Positions 53,142 through 62,507 of a stretch of 64,000 bases of DNA are shown here, in pieces. The stretch is from a virus. Every line of letters begins with the position of its first letter. Within the stretch, counting starts at the first letter, position 1. The notes beneath the pieces were generated by a model. The model worked only from the letters and a program-made list of their open reading frames with translations. It was not told the origin of the DNA and made no database searches. The DNA lies in IMG/VR virus record IMGVR_UViG_3300046467_002136, positions 50,038-114,037 of that record; one strand, 5' to 3'. The translations under genes and the position numbers were made by a program.

Positions 53142-54038
53142 TCAGGAACCGGACTCCCACAGGTTGTCGAGACCTCGGACCATGCCGCCACCTCGGAGAA
53201 ACTCGACTGCGATAGATAGCCGGAAATGGAACCGGTCGGGTGTGCCGGGCGGGTACCGTTCCTCCAGCAGCAGGATGGTCTGCTCGAATGGATACCCATC
53301 CCACTCAGCGTCAAAGAGGTCGTAATCGGAGGAAAGCCCAATAGGGGGAGCTATGTCGATGTCGGTGTCGGGCTGGGGAGGAATCGGGTCTGGCTCCAAC
53401 GGAGCAGGTAACGTCGTAGTGGTAGCTGGAGCAGCCGTCGTCGTTGTAGCCGGTGCGACTGTCGTAGTTGTCGTGGCCGGAGCTACCGTCGTCGTCGCGG
53501 GAAGATTCGAAACCCACACGCCGTCTTCGTTGATCTCCATGACCGGGATGGAGTATCCGTAGTTGCCCATGCAGAGCGACTGCCAGACAGTCCACGATGG
53601 GGTCATCGGGTTCGCCGCAGCCCAGTAGGGATCGTTGAACCGGCGGATGACCATGTTGGCGTCCAGAATCCATTCGGGGATTAGACCTGAACTGAACATC
53701 AACGCTTCGATCTCGGGATAGTTGCCGTTGGCCCAATCATCAATGGACAGAATCTGGCCGTCTGTCAGGTTCCTAGCCCACACAACCCTTGGGTCTTCGA
53801 GACCCTTGCCGCCATGAAGTGCTTCGTTATAACGGAACACCACACCGGGCGGGATTGTGCCGTCAGCTTCCATCGTGGTGATGTGGGCTGCCCACTCGTC
53901 GTAGGTCATGTGAATGAAGCCGTACTCCGTAGAGCAGGGTGAGTAGATCGTGTCGTGAGTAGCGGTTGCAGGACTTGCAAACATCAACAAACCTGCAAGA
54001 ACGCTTACCGTCAAAAACGGCAACGTTATTTTTTTCAT
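53142..54038 (-). CDS. Secreted protein with Thr/Pro-rich linker
   Basis: Signal peptide MKKITLPFLTVSVLAGLLMFASPATA and PATTTT repeats. Confidence 0.7.
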   Translation of the reverse strand: MKKITLPFLTVSVLAGLLMFASPATATHDTIYSPCSTEYGFIHMTYDEWAAHITTMEADGTIPPGVVFRYNEALHGGKGLEDPRVVWARNLTDGQILSIDDWANGNYPEIEALMFSSGLIPEWILDANMVIRRFNDPYWAAANPMTPSWTVWQSLCMGNYGYSIPVMEINEDGVWVSNLPATTTVAPATTTTTVAPATTTTAAPATTTTLPAPLEPDPIPPQPDTDIDIAPPIGLSSDYDLFDAEWDGYPFEQTILLLEERYPPGTPDRFHFRLSIAVEFLRGGGMVRGLDNLWESGS

Positions 54039-54046
54039 GTTGATTC

Positions 54047-54346
54047 CTATGAACGCGCCTTATTAGTCCTGCGGCCTTCCAGTGCTTGCCGCAGTCGCGC
54101 TTCAACTAGTAGATGGGCCGTCAGGATACCCCAAATTGCTTGAAGAGCAAACCCCCCCCAAGAGGTTTTGCTGAGCCTCCAGAAGCTCCTAGTAAGGGTT
54201 TCTACCCTCTGTGTCCTTATAGCCCACAAGTCCCAAAGGATCACCGTCACGCTAAGAAGGAGCCATCCCGTCGCCCCTGTCTTTCGCTGCCCCTTCTCCA
54301 AGTCGATGGGACCCAGATATTCCTTTACGAAATCGTTGCGAGTCAC
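54047..54346 (-). CDS. Small membrane protein
   Basis: Two hydrophobic segments with an ETLT...W..L..HL pattern. Confidence 0.6.
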   Translation of the reverse strand: MTRNDFVKEYLGPIDLEKGQRKTGATGWLLLSVTVILWDLWAIRTQRVETLTRSFWRLSKTSWGGFALQAIWGILTAHLLVEARLRQALEGRRTNKARS

Positions 54347-54975
54347 CCAAATTCCTGGACATTAAATCCATTTTCGGTCAAAATGCTCATAATCCTGTCT
54401 ACGTCTTCACCCAGGACATCAGGGTCGGGGTATTCCGAGATGCAGCGGGCTATCGTCGCAGGAATTTTTGCATTCGTAAGGACATCCCCAACACCTCTCT
54501 CAAAACCTATGGCATCGCCCCACACGACATGTCTGCCCAAAAGGTATTGGTATGGCACGCTAACCAGCGTGGCCATGGGCGTGTTGAAATCATCCATCTC
54601 GACATGCGTGGCTGTCAAAACTTCTTCAATTTCCGAACTTTTATCAAGAAATGCCTTGAATATGTCCTCCCCTTTAAGCATTTCTGGAGTTTTTGACTGA
54701 AACCCTTCTGCAACAAGCGTGATTTCTTCACATTGCCAGTACATGCGCATCGCTTGTATTGCGTGTTCGCACTTTTGTAAACGTGCAGCAGCAGGCTTCT
54801 TCATGTCTGCTTTAGAGCACTGAATTATTAATATTAATTCGTTCTCACACCAGCCAAAAAAGTTGAAAGGAAGATCCTCGCCCACTCCCAGCTCTTCAAC
54901 GAGATTTTCTTTGGCATGTTGAGCCGCAGTCATCGAAAGGGCCAGCTTGGAATAGGTATCCGGGTAGGTCTCCAT
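54343..54975 (-). CDS. Hypothetical protein
   Basis: The likely start is METYPD at 54975. The ORF-track extension upstream is the antisense of the histone-like gene. Confidence 0.6.
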   Translation of the reverse strand: METYPDTYSKLALSMTAAQHAKENLVEELGVGEDLPFNFFGWCENELILIIQCSKADMKKPAAARLQKCEHAIQAMRMYWQCEEITLVAEGFQSKTPEMLKGEDIFKAFLDKSSEIEEVLTATHVEMDDFNTPMATLVSVPYQYLLGRHVVWGDAIGFERGVGDVLTNAKIPATIARCISEYPDPDVLGEDVDRIMSILTENGFNVQEFG

Positions 54976-55024
54976 TGTTATGTAGACTACACAAGGTACA
55001 GGACGGATAGAGGACACCTCATTT

Positions 55025-55348
55025 ATGGCTGAAAAGAAGAAACAACCCGCAGCTAAAAAGAAAGCTCCAGCCAAAAAACCTGCAGCTAAAAAGCCTGCGG
55101 CCAAAAAGCCTGCAGCAAAAAAGCCTGCAGCAAAGTCTGGGACTCGCGCTACCACTCCACCACGGAACCCGGCAGCAAAAGCTCGACAGGCATCTGAGCC
55201 GAAAACGGAGAAAAAGCCCTACGCTCCGAAGCCTCCACCCAAGAAAAAAAGTCCCGTAGCAGAACTGCTTAAGGACGCCACCCCGACAGGACCAATTGTC
55301 GTGAAGAAACGAAATTTCTTCTCCCGATTGTTTAGGCGCCGCCAATGA
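55025..55348 (+). CDS. Histone H1-like Lys/Ala/Pro-rich protein
   Basis: Tandem AKKPA repeats and a GAGG RBS. Confidence 0.75.
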   Translation: MAEKKKQPAAKKKAPAKKPAAKKPAAKKPAAKKPAAKSGTRATTPPRNPAAKARQASEPKTEKKPYAPKPPPKKKSPVAELLKDATPTGPIVVKKRNFFSRLFRRRQ

Positions 55349-56202
55349 GCACTCTGGTTCATGAGACATTTGAAGATGGATGGCAGGATTCCTGGAGCGG
55401 GAAGGTTCATAACGCTTATGTAAGCGGTGACTCTTTGCGGCTGATGTTCCGTGAAGGAGATCATTACGGCTGTGCTCTATACAAGGAAGTGCCACCCTCC
55501 CGCCATGTGAAAGTTTCCTACATGGTCAGGGCACTCAGCAATTGGAATTCCCACAGTACGGGAAAGACGCTGGGGTTTGCCGATCTACGATTCAAGAACG
55601 CCAGGGGCCAATCCTACGGTCACGGCAACAGACAGCCCGCGCCCGACGGTTTCTCGTTCCGCACATGGTTCGGTAAGACCAAGGATGGATTCATGCCCAT
55701 CGGCATGTACTTCTACCATCTGGGTCAGGTCCCGAAGTGGGGTGATTCCGTCAAGGTCGGACAACTCAAAATTGGCGGCAATGCCGTTCTCTTTGAATGT
55801 GAAGCCGACTTCGATGAGGGTTTCATTCGAGCCCGGGTAGACGGAGGCGACTGGGTTCGACATAACCTAGTTGTAACAGATAAAACTGCTGTTACTTGGG
55901 CATGGTTGGATGCCTACTACGGCGGACCAGCCGTAGCCCCCGAAAACATGGCGTGGGACATCTCCGACTACAAGTTGGAAAACCTCGGTGCCGATATCGC
56001 AGACCCAGGAATCGACTGGGATGCAATCGCCAGGATGATCGCCGAGAAAGAAGAGGCTGCTAAGGAAACCGCAGCATCCGAAAATCCGGTGAAACTCATC
56101 AAAGCACCCCCGAAACCGGTAGACACGATGGCTGAGATGACTCCGAGCCTGTCTGAACAACTCAGGAGAATCGCAGACCAGATTGAGGCTCTAGACTCAT
56201 AG
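55345..56202 (+). CDS. Polysaccharide lyase-like (PL14-type) protein
   Basis: GKTLGF...DGFSFRTWF...MYFYH...WGD and YYGG motifs resemble PL14-family lyases. Confidence 0.5.
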   Translation: MSTLVHETFEDGWQDSWSGKVHNAYVSGDSLRLMFREGDHYGCALYKEVPPSRHVKVSYMVRALSNWNSHSTGKTLGFADLRFKNARGQSYGHGNRQPAPDGFSFRTWFGKTKDGFMPIGMYFYHLGQVPKWGDSVKVGQLKIGGNAVLFECEADFDEGFIRARVDGGDWVRHNLVVTDKTAVTWAWLDAYYGGPAVAPENMAWDISDYKLENLGADIADPGIDWDAIARMIAEKEEAAKETAASENPVKLIKAPPKPVDTMAEMTPSLSEQLRRIADQIEALDS

Positions 56203-56468
56203 GGTGGCCAGAGAAAAGTACGAAATCAGCCAACTCATCCCCGTCCTTGCCAATCCAGAATTCTGGATTCACTGGGTAGACGACAACGGCGAAGTTCACC
56301 ATACTCCGCGTTCACTTGCAGCCATCATTCCGCCAGACGCAAAAGTCGTCGTTAATTAATCATGAGCTCATTAATCGCTTTAGTTGTCGGCAGTTGTCTC
56401 GTGTTTCTCCTGCTTGTACTGGCCGACAGCAAAGGTTGGCTTCCTACTCGCAAAAACCGGCCCTAACT

Positions 56469-56612
56469 GTGTCTTACAAGCCATACACCTACTCTGATTA
56501 CATCCGTGAACTATATGACCACGGACTTTCAGTCAAGTCGATTTGTTGGAACTTGAAGATCAAACCCGAAACGGTCGAAAAATGGGTCGACAAATCTATT
56601 ACTCGTCGATAG
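56469..56612 (+). CDS. Small HTH-like protein
   Basis: IRELYDHGLSVKSICWNLKIKPETVEKW motif. Confidence 0.45.
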   Translation: MSYKPYTYSDYIRELYDHGLSVKSICWNLKIKPETVEKWVDKSITRR

Positions 56613-56622
56613 GAGGTGAAAC

Positions 56623-56802
56623 ATGTTCTCAACTATTTCCGATGAAATCCAGACAGCCTGCTGGAATGCATGCCTTGAATTAGAAAAACTCACTTTGGGC
56701 GATGATGCACAGGTTCAAATAGACATCATCAAAGAAGCAGTTAAAGAGCCTCCCAATAGGGAATACCGAACTGCCGAAAACAAGCAGCACTGGCACGGCT
56801 AG
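56623..56802 (+). CDS. Small hypothetical protein (59 aa)
   Basis: Perfect AGGAGGTG RBS. My translation starts MFSTISDEIQTACW. Confidence 0.55.
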   Translation: MFSTISDEIQTACWNACLELEKLTLGDDAQVQIDIIKEAVKEPPNREYRTAENKQHWHG

Positions 56803-57815
56803 TTTTCGAACACTCCCAGAAGATAGGGAATAGCTGAAGTTGTATACCAATCTTCAGCCGTCATGCCAAACGTGTCGCTGAACGCGACCTCCCAAGCCGA
56901 CCGAGTTGAACTACTCGGCTGGTTTATCGCTAACCACAATTCGTTAACTTTCGCGTCCCCAAAGTCGTAAAACAATTTCTCGTTGACGAGCAGACCCATC
57001 GAATACTGGATCTCTCGTGTGCATTCATAGTTCTTCGTCACCGAATTGTGTTGGGTACGCTGCAAACGTTCCAATAGGTCATTTTCAGTCAACCTGTCAG
57101 AATTCGTAATCTGCCAGATTCGTAGACCGCGCAAGGTACCGGGCTCCGACCCAAATGGAATCGTGTACAACTCCGCGTGTCCCTCAATAAACCAGCAGGG
57201 CAACAGCGTCCACGGACACGGCATCGACCAGTTCTCCCACCCCATTACCGTTTCCCAATTCGGGTTTGAACACTTGTCGGTCATCCAACCGCTTGCCTGA
57301 TATTGGTACCAATGAGCGCTTTCATGATGGGCTATCAACGCGGCACTAAACGCACCAAAATGTTCAAAATCCGTCTTGCTTCCGGACGCCACAATGACGT
57401 GCGGCATTCCAGTCTCATCAGTATCCACCATCCCAACAGTTCCCCCTGACCGGACGGAACCTTCCCACCAGTGTGGGGAGAACAAATCACGCGGTCCTCT
57501 GGTAGTAGTTGACTCCCACCAGTCTCGGTCCCCTGAATCCATCACCGTAAGGGGAAGTGCTACATCAAAATCGAACGCCCCTGACCAAAACCCGATGGCC
57601 TCTTCGTACAAGCCCATTACGGCGTCTAAACGATCAGCGGGAAAATCGGGAGCTACCCGTAAATCAATTTCTTGACCCGGCCTGTGACGGTCAGTCGCAA
57701 GATCGCGGACATCCTCGTACACCTGCTCCCAAGCGGGCGGCGGAGGTTCACTCCAATAATCCACTCCGGAGCATTGATTTATTAGTAGGGGTAGTGCTAG
57801 TAGTAGTGATTTCAT
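56799..57815 (-). CDS. Exported gluzincin-type metallopeptidase (possible lipoprotein)
   Basis: Hydrophobic N-terminus ending in Cys, HESAHWYQ and WFIEGHAE motifs. Confidence 0.7.
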   Translation of the reverse strand: MKSLLLALPLLINQCSGVDYWSEPPPPAWEQVYEDVRDLATDRHRPGQEIDLRVAPDFPADRLDAVMGLYEEAIGFWSGAFDFDVALPLTVMDSGDRDWWESTTTRGPRDLFSPHWWEGSVRSGGTVGMVDTDETGMPHVIVASGSKTDFEHFGAFSAALIAHHESAHWYQYQASGWMTDKCSNPNWETVMGWENWSMPCPWTLLPCWFIEGHAELYTIPFGSEPGTLRGLRIWQITNSDRLTENDLLERLQRTQHNSVTKNYECTREIQYSMGLLVNEKLFYDFGDAKVNELWLAINQPSSSTRSAWEVAFSDTFGMTAEDWYTTSAIPYLLGVFEN

Positions 57816-57824
57816 TCACACTGG

Positions 57825-58853
57825 TCAGTACATGTAAATACGCCAGTTTCCTAACCGGTTGCGAGTGTTGTCCATCAAATGTCGTGCCATGCGCAGGTTG
57901 CAATCGACATCAAGCAACATTACCTCCAGATCCCATCCTTCACACACCCTGAATACGGCTTTGCGGTGAATCGAATTGATCTGCACAAGGCCGTAATCAA
58001 CTGAACCATCTGAATTCAACGTGTCATTGACTACCGTCGGCCTGCAGCGGCTTTCCTTCCAAGCAACATACGACCAAACGTCGACAGGAACGAGGCCGTA
58101 AGCAACAAACGTTTCCTCCCACTCAGGGCAACGCTTCTCGGGGTCCATCGGATAGGCGTAGCCGCCATCTCCAGCTATTTCATCCAAACTGAAAATCATC
58201 TCGACAGGCTTCCATTGTCCTAGCCGAACAAGAGCCTTGATGTGTTCTCCACGAGTGATTGGGCCATAAATGCCGTCTATATCCACATCCAAATAGTCCT
58301 GAAGAATTTTTACATCCTCATCAAAACGAAAAAATGTGTATTCGTTCTGAAGGATCTCATGAAGAAGCTCCAGCATCACTTCTTCAACAAAATCTCCAAT
58401 GTATTCTGAGTCTTCCCACACCTCAGGAACGTTTGCGATTTCTTCCCTATGAGTATGATTAAATTCATCGTCATAAAACTCTGCGGTGTGATTATCGGGA
58501 GGACACTCCGGATAATCGTTCATGTCTCCCCAGTGGTCGGGCCAGTCAGGAAGTGGATGTTCCCATCCTTCCGGTATCTCACTAAAGACCACACAGTCTG
58601 GAGGTATTTCTAACAGTTCCTCTATTGGAATAACCCCAGAAGTCGTCGTGGTAGCCACCCAAGTAATCACCGGCTGAATAGTCGTAGTGGGACTGAGACT
58701 CAACCCCGATACAGGCAGATCTTCGCGCACGAGATTAAAGGACTGTTCGTCAACATTTCTGTCGTCAACCAATATCGTCAAACCGTAAAGGCTCAGAATT
58801 AAGACCGAAAAAATTGTCAAAGCTTTGACACGGCTGCGGATGTCGTATCGCAC
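57825..58853 (-). CDS. Membrane-anchored lytic transglycosylase with PG-binding motif
   Basis: N-terminal TM segment, DIDGIYGPIT and VAWKESRC...DYGLVQINS...CNLRMA motifs. Confidence 0.8.
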   Translation of the reverse strand: MRYDIRSRVKALTIFSVLILSLYGLTILVDDRNVDEQSFNLVREDLPVSGLSLSPTTTIQPVITWVATTTTSGVIPIEELLEIPPDCVVFSEIPEGWEHPLPDWPDHWGDMNDYPECPPDNHTAEFYDDEFNHTHREEIANVPEVWEDSEYIGDFVEEVMLELLHEILQNEYTFFRFDEDVKILQDYLDVDIDGIYGPITRGEHIKALVRLGQWKPVEMIFSLDEIAGDGGYAYPMDPEKRCPEWEETFVAYGLVPVDVWSYVAWKESRCRPTVVNDTLNSDGSVDYGLVQINSIHRKAVFRVCEGWDLEVMLLDVDCNLRMARHLMDNTRNRLGNWRIYMY

Positions 58854-58862
58854 TTGATCCTC

Positions 58863-59141
58863 CTACAAGTTTTCGGCTACCAGATACTCCTCGGACTTGG
58901 CTGTAAAAAACGCCTCAATGTCCTCAAGCTTGCAGGTCGCCGTAATAGTATCGTCATCTGTTGTTTCTGTAATGGTGAATCCCATGGATTCCAACAGCAA
59001 GTCTGCCCATTCCTCTGCGTCATTGTACTGCTCGTCCAACTCAGCGTCGGTAAGACTCTCGTCGTCGTCCGAAATGGCCAACAACATCACTGTGATGTGC
59101 TTAATAATTTTCAGTCGCAAATCAGCATTTTTCATGGGCAT
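58863..59141 (-). CDS. Small acidic hypothetical protein
   Basis: 92 aa from MPMKNADL, with TAGCAT upstream. Confidence 0.55.
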   Translation of the reverse strand: MPMKNADLRLKIIKHITVMLLAISDDDESLTDAELDEQYNDAEEWADLLLESMGFTITETTDDDTITATCKLEDIEAFFTAKSEEYLVAENL

Positions 59142-59228
59142 GGTTGACGATGCTACCCGAACCGGTGTTAGAGTGCAACCCACACAACGATGGGGGTTCT
59201 CCCCCAAACCCAAGAGAAGCGAGCTGAA

Positions 59229-59675
59229 ATGAACAATTCGACATTCACTGGTTGCGGCAACGTAACCCAAGACCCGGAAATGAAATACACCGATTCGGGC
59301 ATCTCCAAGCTCAAGTTCAGCATTGCCTGTAACCGCAGCTGGAAGAACGCCAAGACAGACGAATGGGAAGAGGACACTTCCTACTTCAACGTCATCGCAT
59401 GGCGAAAGCTTGCTGATGATGCAGCAGACGTTCTGGAGAAGGGCGTTGGCGTCATCGTCACCGGTCGCATGGAACAGCGCGTCTGGGAAAAAGATGATGG
59501 GACCAAACAAAACATCGTCGAAGTGGTGGCTGAGAACATCGCCATCCAGACTCGCAGCATCTCCGACTTCACTCGCAAGCGCGCTGGGGACAACGCAGAA
59601 GGTGGCTCCAAGAGAGCTACGGCTACGTCTCCGCGCAAACAAGTAGAAGAGGAACTGGTCAAAGACCCGTTCTAG
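59229..59675 (+). CDS. ssb: Single-stranded DNA-binding protein
   Basis: GNVTQDPE, FSIACNR, FNVIAWR.LA and V.GRM.QR.WE motifs, with an acidic tail ending DPF. Confidence 0.95.
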   Translation: MNNSTFTGCGNVTQDPEMKYTDSGISKLKFSIACNRSWKNAKTDEWEEDTSYFNVIAWRKLADDAADVLEKGVGVIVTGRMEQRVWEKDDGTKQNIVEVVAENIAIQTRSISDFTRKRAGDNAEGGSKRATATSPRKQVEEELVKDPF

Positions 59676-59707
59676 GTCGCGCGTAGGTAACGCGGAAACC
59701 ACAGCGC

Positions 59708-59783
59708 GAGAGATTAGGGACCTCTTCTGGCATTGCCCGGTACAGAGATACATGGGCAACCCGGAAGGGGTCCCTATTTCTCT
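59708..59783 (+). other. Long imperfect RNA hairpin upstream of tRNA array
   Basis: TAGGGACCTCTTCTGG pairs with CCGGAAGGGGTCCCTA using two G-U pairs. There is an inner TTGCCC/GGGCAA stem. Confidence 0.6.
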
Positions 59784-59867
59784 CTCAGACAGCCGCACAG
59801 CCCTTCTGAGACGTTCCCACCTTCTTACTAGCCCCTTGGAGGTACAAGCAACTATTACTAAGACACG

Positions 59868-59951
59868 GGCGGTGTGGTGGAACAGGCATACACAGGAGAC
59901 TTAAAATCTCCCGACTCTTGAGTCATGCGGGTTCGAATCCCGCCATCGCCA
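59868..59951 (+). tRNA. tRNA-Leu(UAA)
   Basis: Acceptor GGCGGTG/CATCGCC, anticodon arm GGAGA-CTTAAAA-TCTCC, long variable arm and GGTTCGAATCC. Confidence 0.93.
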
Positions 59952-59955
59952 CTTC

Positions 59956-60028
59956 GGGAGCGTAACTCAATTGGCAGAGTAGCGGACTTTTAATCCGACG
60001 GTTGCGGGTTCGATTCCCGCCGCTCCCA
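59956..60028 (+). tRNA. tRNA-Lys(UUU)
   Basis: Acceptor GGGAGCG/CGCTCCC, loop CTTTTAA and TTCGA T-loop. Confidence 0.93.
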
Positions 60029-60032
60029 CAAA

Positions 60033-60107
60033 GCCCCCATCGTCTAGTGGTTAGGACGCCAGCCTTTCACGCTGGTAACACGGGTTCGATCCCCGTTGGG
60101 GGTACCA
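60033..60107 (+). tRNA. tRNA-Glu(UUC)
   Basis: CCAGC-CTTTCAC-GCTGG anticodon arm, with encoded CCA. Confidence 0.93.
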
Positions 60108-60108
60108 G

Positions 60109-60181
60109 TCGGCGGTAGTTCAACTGGCAGAACGCCGGGTTTTGGACCCGGAGGTTGGAGGTTCGATCCCTCCCCGCCGAG
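60109..60181 (+). tRNA. tRNA-Gln(UUG)
   Basis: U1-A72 pair and G73. CCGGG-TTTTGGA-CCCGG gives anticodon TTG. Confidence 0.88.
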
Positions 60182-60186
60182 CTAGA

Positions 60187-60260
60187 GCCCCCGTGGCGCA
60201 ATTGGATAGCGCAGCGGGCTTCTATCCCGAAGGTTGTAGGTTCGAATCCTGCCGGGGGCG
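60187..60260 (+). tRNA. tRNA-Arg(UCU)
   Basis: Acceptor GCCCCCG/CGGGGGC and loop CTTCTAT. Confidence 0.92.
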
Positions 60261-60503
60261 CTACTTGATTGACTTGTCAGAAACTGTTGTTAAGTCTTCA
60301 AGCCAAGAATCAAATTTTTCACGCATCGCAGCCAAACGGATACGACGCAGCACGATTCCCCAATGTGGCAACCTCTCGGCAGTTTTGAAGAAATCATCCA
60401 CCAAGGTTTTAGCCTCAGCAGCCAATTCGTCTAACGACATATCGGCTCTGGGCACCCTTGGCGTGACCTCCCATGTTGTATCTGGAATGGACTCGGGGGA
60501 CAT
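60261..60503 (-). CDS. Hypothetical protein
   Basis: 80 aa, with TAGTGT 7 nt before the ATG. Confidence 0.5.
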   Translation of the reverse strand: MSPESIPDTTWEVTPRVPRADMSLDELAAEAKTLVDDFFKTAERLPHWGIVLRRIRLAAMREKFDSWLEDLTTVSDKSIK

Positions 60504-60521
60504 ATCAGGTACACTAGTACG

Positions 60522-60692
60522 ATGGCCACTTGGGACGGGGAACTACAAGAAATCGAAGCTGTCGTCGGAGCTTTACGCGACACCGTAGACGATTTGCGAC
60601 GACGTTTGCAGATGATGGAATCTAAAATGATCACACTTGAGCAGCAACAAGGACTGATGCTCAAAGAAACCGCGAAGCGGCGACAGATCTAG
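60522..60692 (+). CDS. Small coiled-coil protein (56 aa)
   Basis: My translation starts MATWDGELQEIEAVV. TACACT lies 6 nt before the ATG. Confidence 0.5.
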   Translation: MATWDGELQEIEAVVGALRDTVDDLRRRLQMMESKMITLEQQQGLMLKETAKRRQI

Positions 60693-61516
60693 TCGAACAA
60701 CTCTGTCCAAGACGCTGGACCGACAATACCGTCGCTCGTAAGACCCTCATTTCTTTGGAACTGCTTTACGGCACGCTCAGTGCCGCGTCCAAAGATCCCG
60801 TCAATACCTTTTCCAGCTATCGTGCGACTCGCAGTCTTAGCCGTTCCGATGCCCTGCTTCTCCAACAACATTTGAAGCAGCTTCACCGCATCTCCACGAG
60901 AACCCTTGCGTAAAACCTGACGGCGGGCACGAGCAATCGCTTCAGCGATCTCCACCAACACCGAATGGATCGACACCGGAGGCTTAGGCTTAGCCAACTC
61001 CGCCTCTTTGTGACGCACAGCCTTCTCAACGTCTTCGCCCTTCAGCGCCGGAGCATCAAACCAATCCCACTGTCCGTTTAGAAAACGCCCATAAGGCTGA
61101 TGATGCCACCACTCACCCTTCACTGTAGGGTGTAAGCCATACTGCTTAGCCACATTGTTTACTTCCCAAGTGGACAAGTCTTTGCCAGTAATACGAAAAT
61201 CGACAGCAAATCCGTAATTATCGAATGAGGGCTGACACATGTGCCAGCTCCCCTGAAAGCCATTTCCAAATAATCTGGAGGGATTTGCGGCCAAGTTTCC
61301 CTTGCCAGATTTGTACTTGTCATATAACGCCTGTTGTGCAGCCATAGTTCTCACACCAGAGCAGATGGCCACCCGACCACGAATAACCGAATCGTCAAAA
61401 AACGCCGCTAAGCGCAATTTGAACCGAGGATGCAACTCATCGAGACGCACCCAACGGGATGTTACTGGTAGGTCGATGTCCACAGCACTATCACCTTCAG
61501 TCGTTAGCCTAACCAA
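60689..61516 (-). CDS. Endolysin (M15-type peptidase with PG-binding domain)
   Basis: Peptidase motifs SGVRT..AQ..LY, SWH, AVD and EWWH. The binding domain reads LRKGSRGDAVKLLQ...DGIFG..TE.AVK.FQ...DGIVGP. Confidence 0.88.
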   Translation of the reverse strand: MVRLTTEGDSAVDIDLPVTSRWVRLDELHPRFKLRLAAFFDDSVIRGRVAICSGVRTMAAQQALYDKYKSGKGNLAANPSRLFGNGFQGSWHMCQPSFDNYGFAVDFRITGKDLSTWEVNNVAKQYGLHPTVKGEWWHHQPYGRFLNGQWDWFDAPALKGEDVEKAVRHKEAELAKPKPPVSIHSVLVEIAEAIARARRQVLRKGSRGDAVKLLQMLLEKQGIGTAKTASRTIAGKGIDGIFGRGTERAVKQFQRNEGLTSDGIVGPASWTELFD

Positions 61517-61568
61517 AGACTAGCAGCTGAGGTTTACAGCGACGGGTAAAGCTGCTAACGTCACAACT

Positions 61569-62075
61569 ATGGATGAAGTCAGCACAGAAGCCATAAACAA
61601 AATCGAAGCCATGAAAACCCGGTTCCTCGAACGAGCTCAAGCCGTATCCAAATCCGGCATGCCCCCACTAGAAGGCGTCATGCGTCGCAAATGGGTTCAG
61701 CAAAAAGAAATCGACTACCAAGACTTCCTCATGATTTCCGACTGTGCCGTTGAAGTTATCGACGGCATCCTCACATTCTCACTCGATCTTCGACCCGCGA
61801 TCTGTGACGCCACAATGAGGCAGTCCCCCAACGGGATAACCGACAAGACCGCAGAACACGAAACCCAGGTTGCGATGGAAAACATTGCGCAAGCACTCCC
61901 AACCGACGGAAACAAAATCACCCCCAAAATGCTTGACTCCAAAGCCGACCTTCAAGCCCTCATAGACGGAGCCGAAATGTTCCGAACCGTCGAACAAATA
62001 CAACCAATCGTTTCCAACGACCCATTCATCGAAACTATCGGTACTAAAAAAAAATTAAAAAAAGAGTCGGGCTAA
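61569..62075 (+). CDS. Hypothetical protein
   Basis: 168 aa ORF with TAACGT upstream. Confidence 0.55.
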   Translation: MDEVSTEAINKIEAMKTRFLERAQAVSKSGMPPLEGVMRRKWVQQKEIDYQDFLMISDCAVEVIDGILTFSLDLRPAICDATMRQSPNGITDKTAEHETQVAMENIAQALPTDGNKITPKMLDSKADLQALIDGAEMFRTVEQIQPIVSNDPFIETIGTKKKLKKESG

Positions 62076-62109
62076 GCGGATACAACCCCAACTTCGAATA
62101 CGGAGGCGA

Positions 62110-62283
62110 ATGCTGATGTACACCGACAACCTCGGGCACATGCGCTGGGAAAAACAAGACTTCCAAAAGCACGGAACAATCGCCAAATACCTGATCGGCG
62201 AATGCCGATGCGACCCATGCAAAAAACACATCACCAAACCCGACCTCGAACAACCCCTACGACCCAGATACAACTTCGACTAG
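62110..62283 (+). CDS. Small protein with HGT...CRCDPC motif
   Basis: My translation, with a GGAGG RBS. Confidence 0.5.
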   Translation: MLMYTDNLGHMRWEKQDFQKHGTIAKYLIGECRCDPCKKHITKPDLEQPLRPRYNFD

Positions 62284-62290
62284 GACACAC

Positions 62291-62449
62291 ATGAACATCA
62301 AATCGTTATTCTTCGGCATCACCCTCGCCATCTCAGGCGGAATCATCTCCGGAGGACTCGTCGGCGAATGGTGGGCCTTCGCAACCCTCATCCCCGCCGG
62401 AGCCTACGCAGGATGGACACTCGGAGAACGCAAACCCCGCAACCCCTAA
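62291..62449 (+). CDS. Small membrane protein
   Basis: My translation starts MNIKSLFFGITLAISGGIISGGLVG. AGGA RBS. Confidence 0.5.
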   Translation: MNIKSLFFGITLAISGGIISGGLVGEWWAFATLIPAGAYAGWTLGERKPRNP

Positions 62450-62507
62450 AACCCATGCAACAACAAAAGAAAACAATCCCCTCAAAAATTTTTAGGCACC
62501 CCACAAC

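Noticed and set aside
54976-55495. Hydrophobic minus-strand ORFs (AAGF repeats, RLFCC repeats)
   Set aside because: They are antisense of the AKKPA-repeat gene.
59142-59798. N-terminal part of the 311-aa minus-strand ORF
   Set aside because: It is the antisense shadow of ssb. Only the last 92 codons look like a real gene.
60109-60181. Reading this tRNA as Pro(UGG)
   Set aside because: The 7-nt loop TTTTGGA centres on TTG, and U1-A72 with G73 fits Gln.
60142-60588. 148-aa ORF in the track
   Set aside because: It overlaps tRNA-Gln and tRNA-Arg, so it is spurious.
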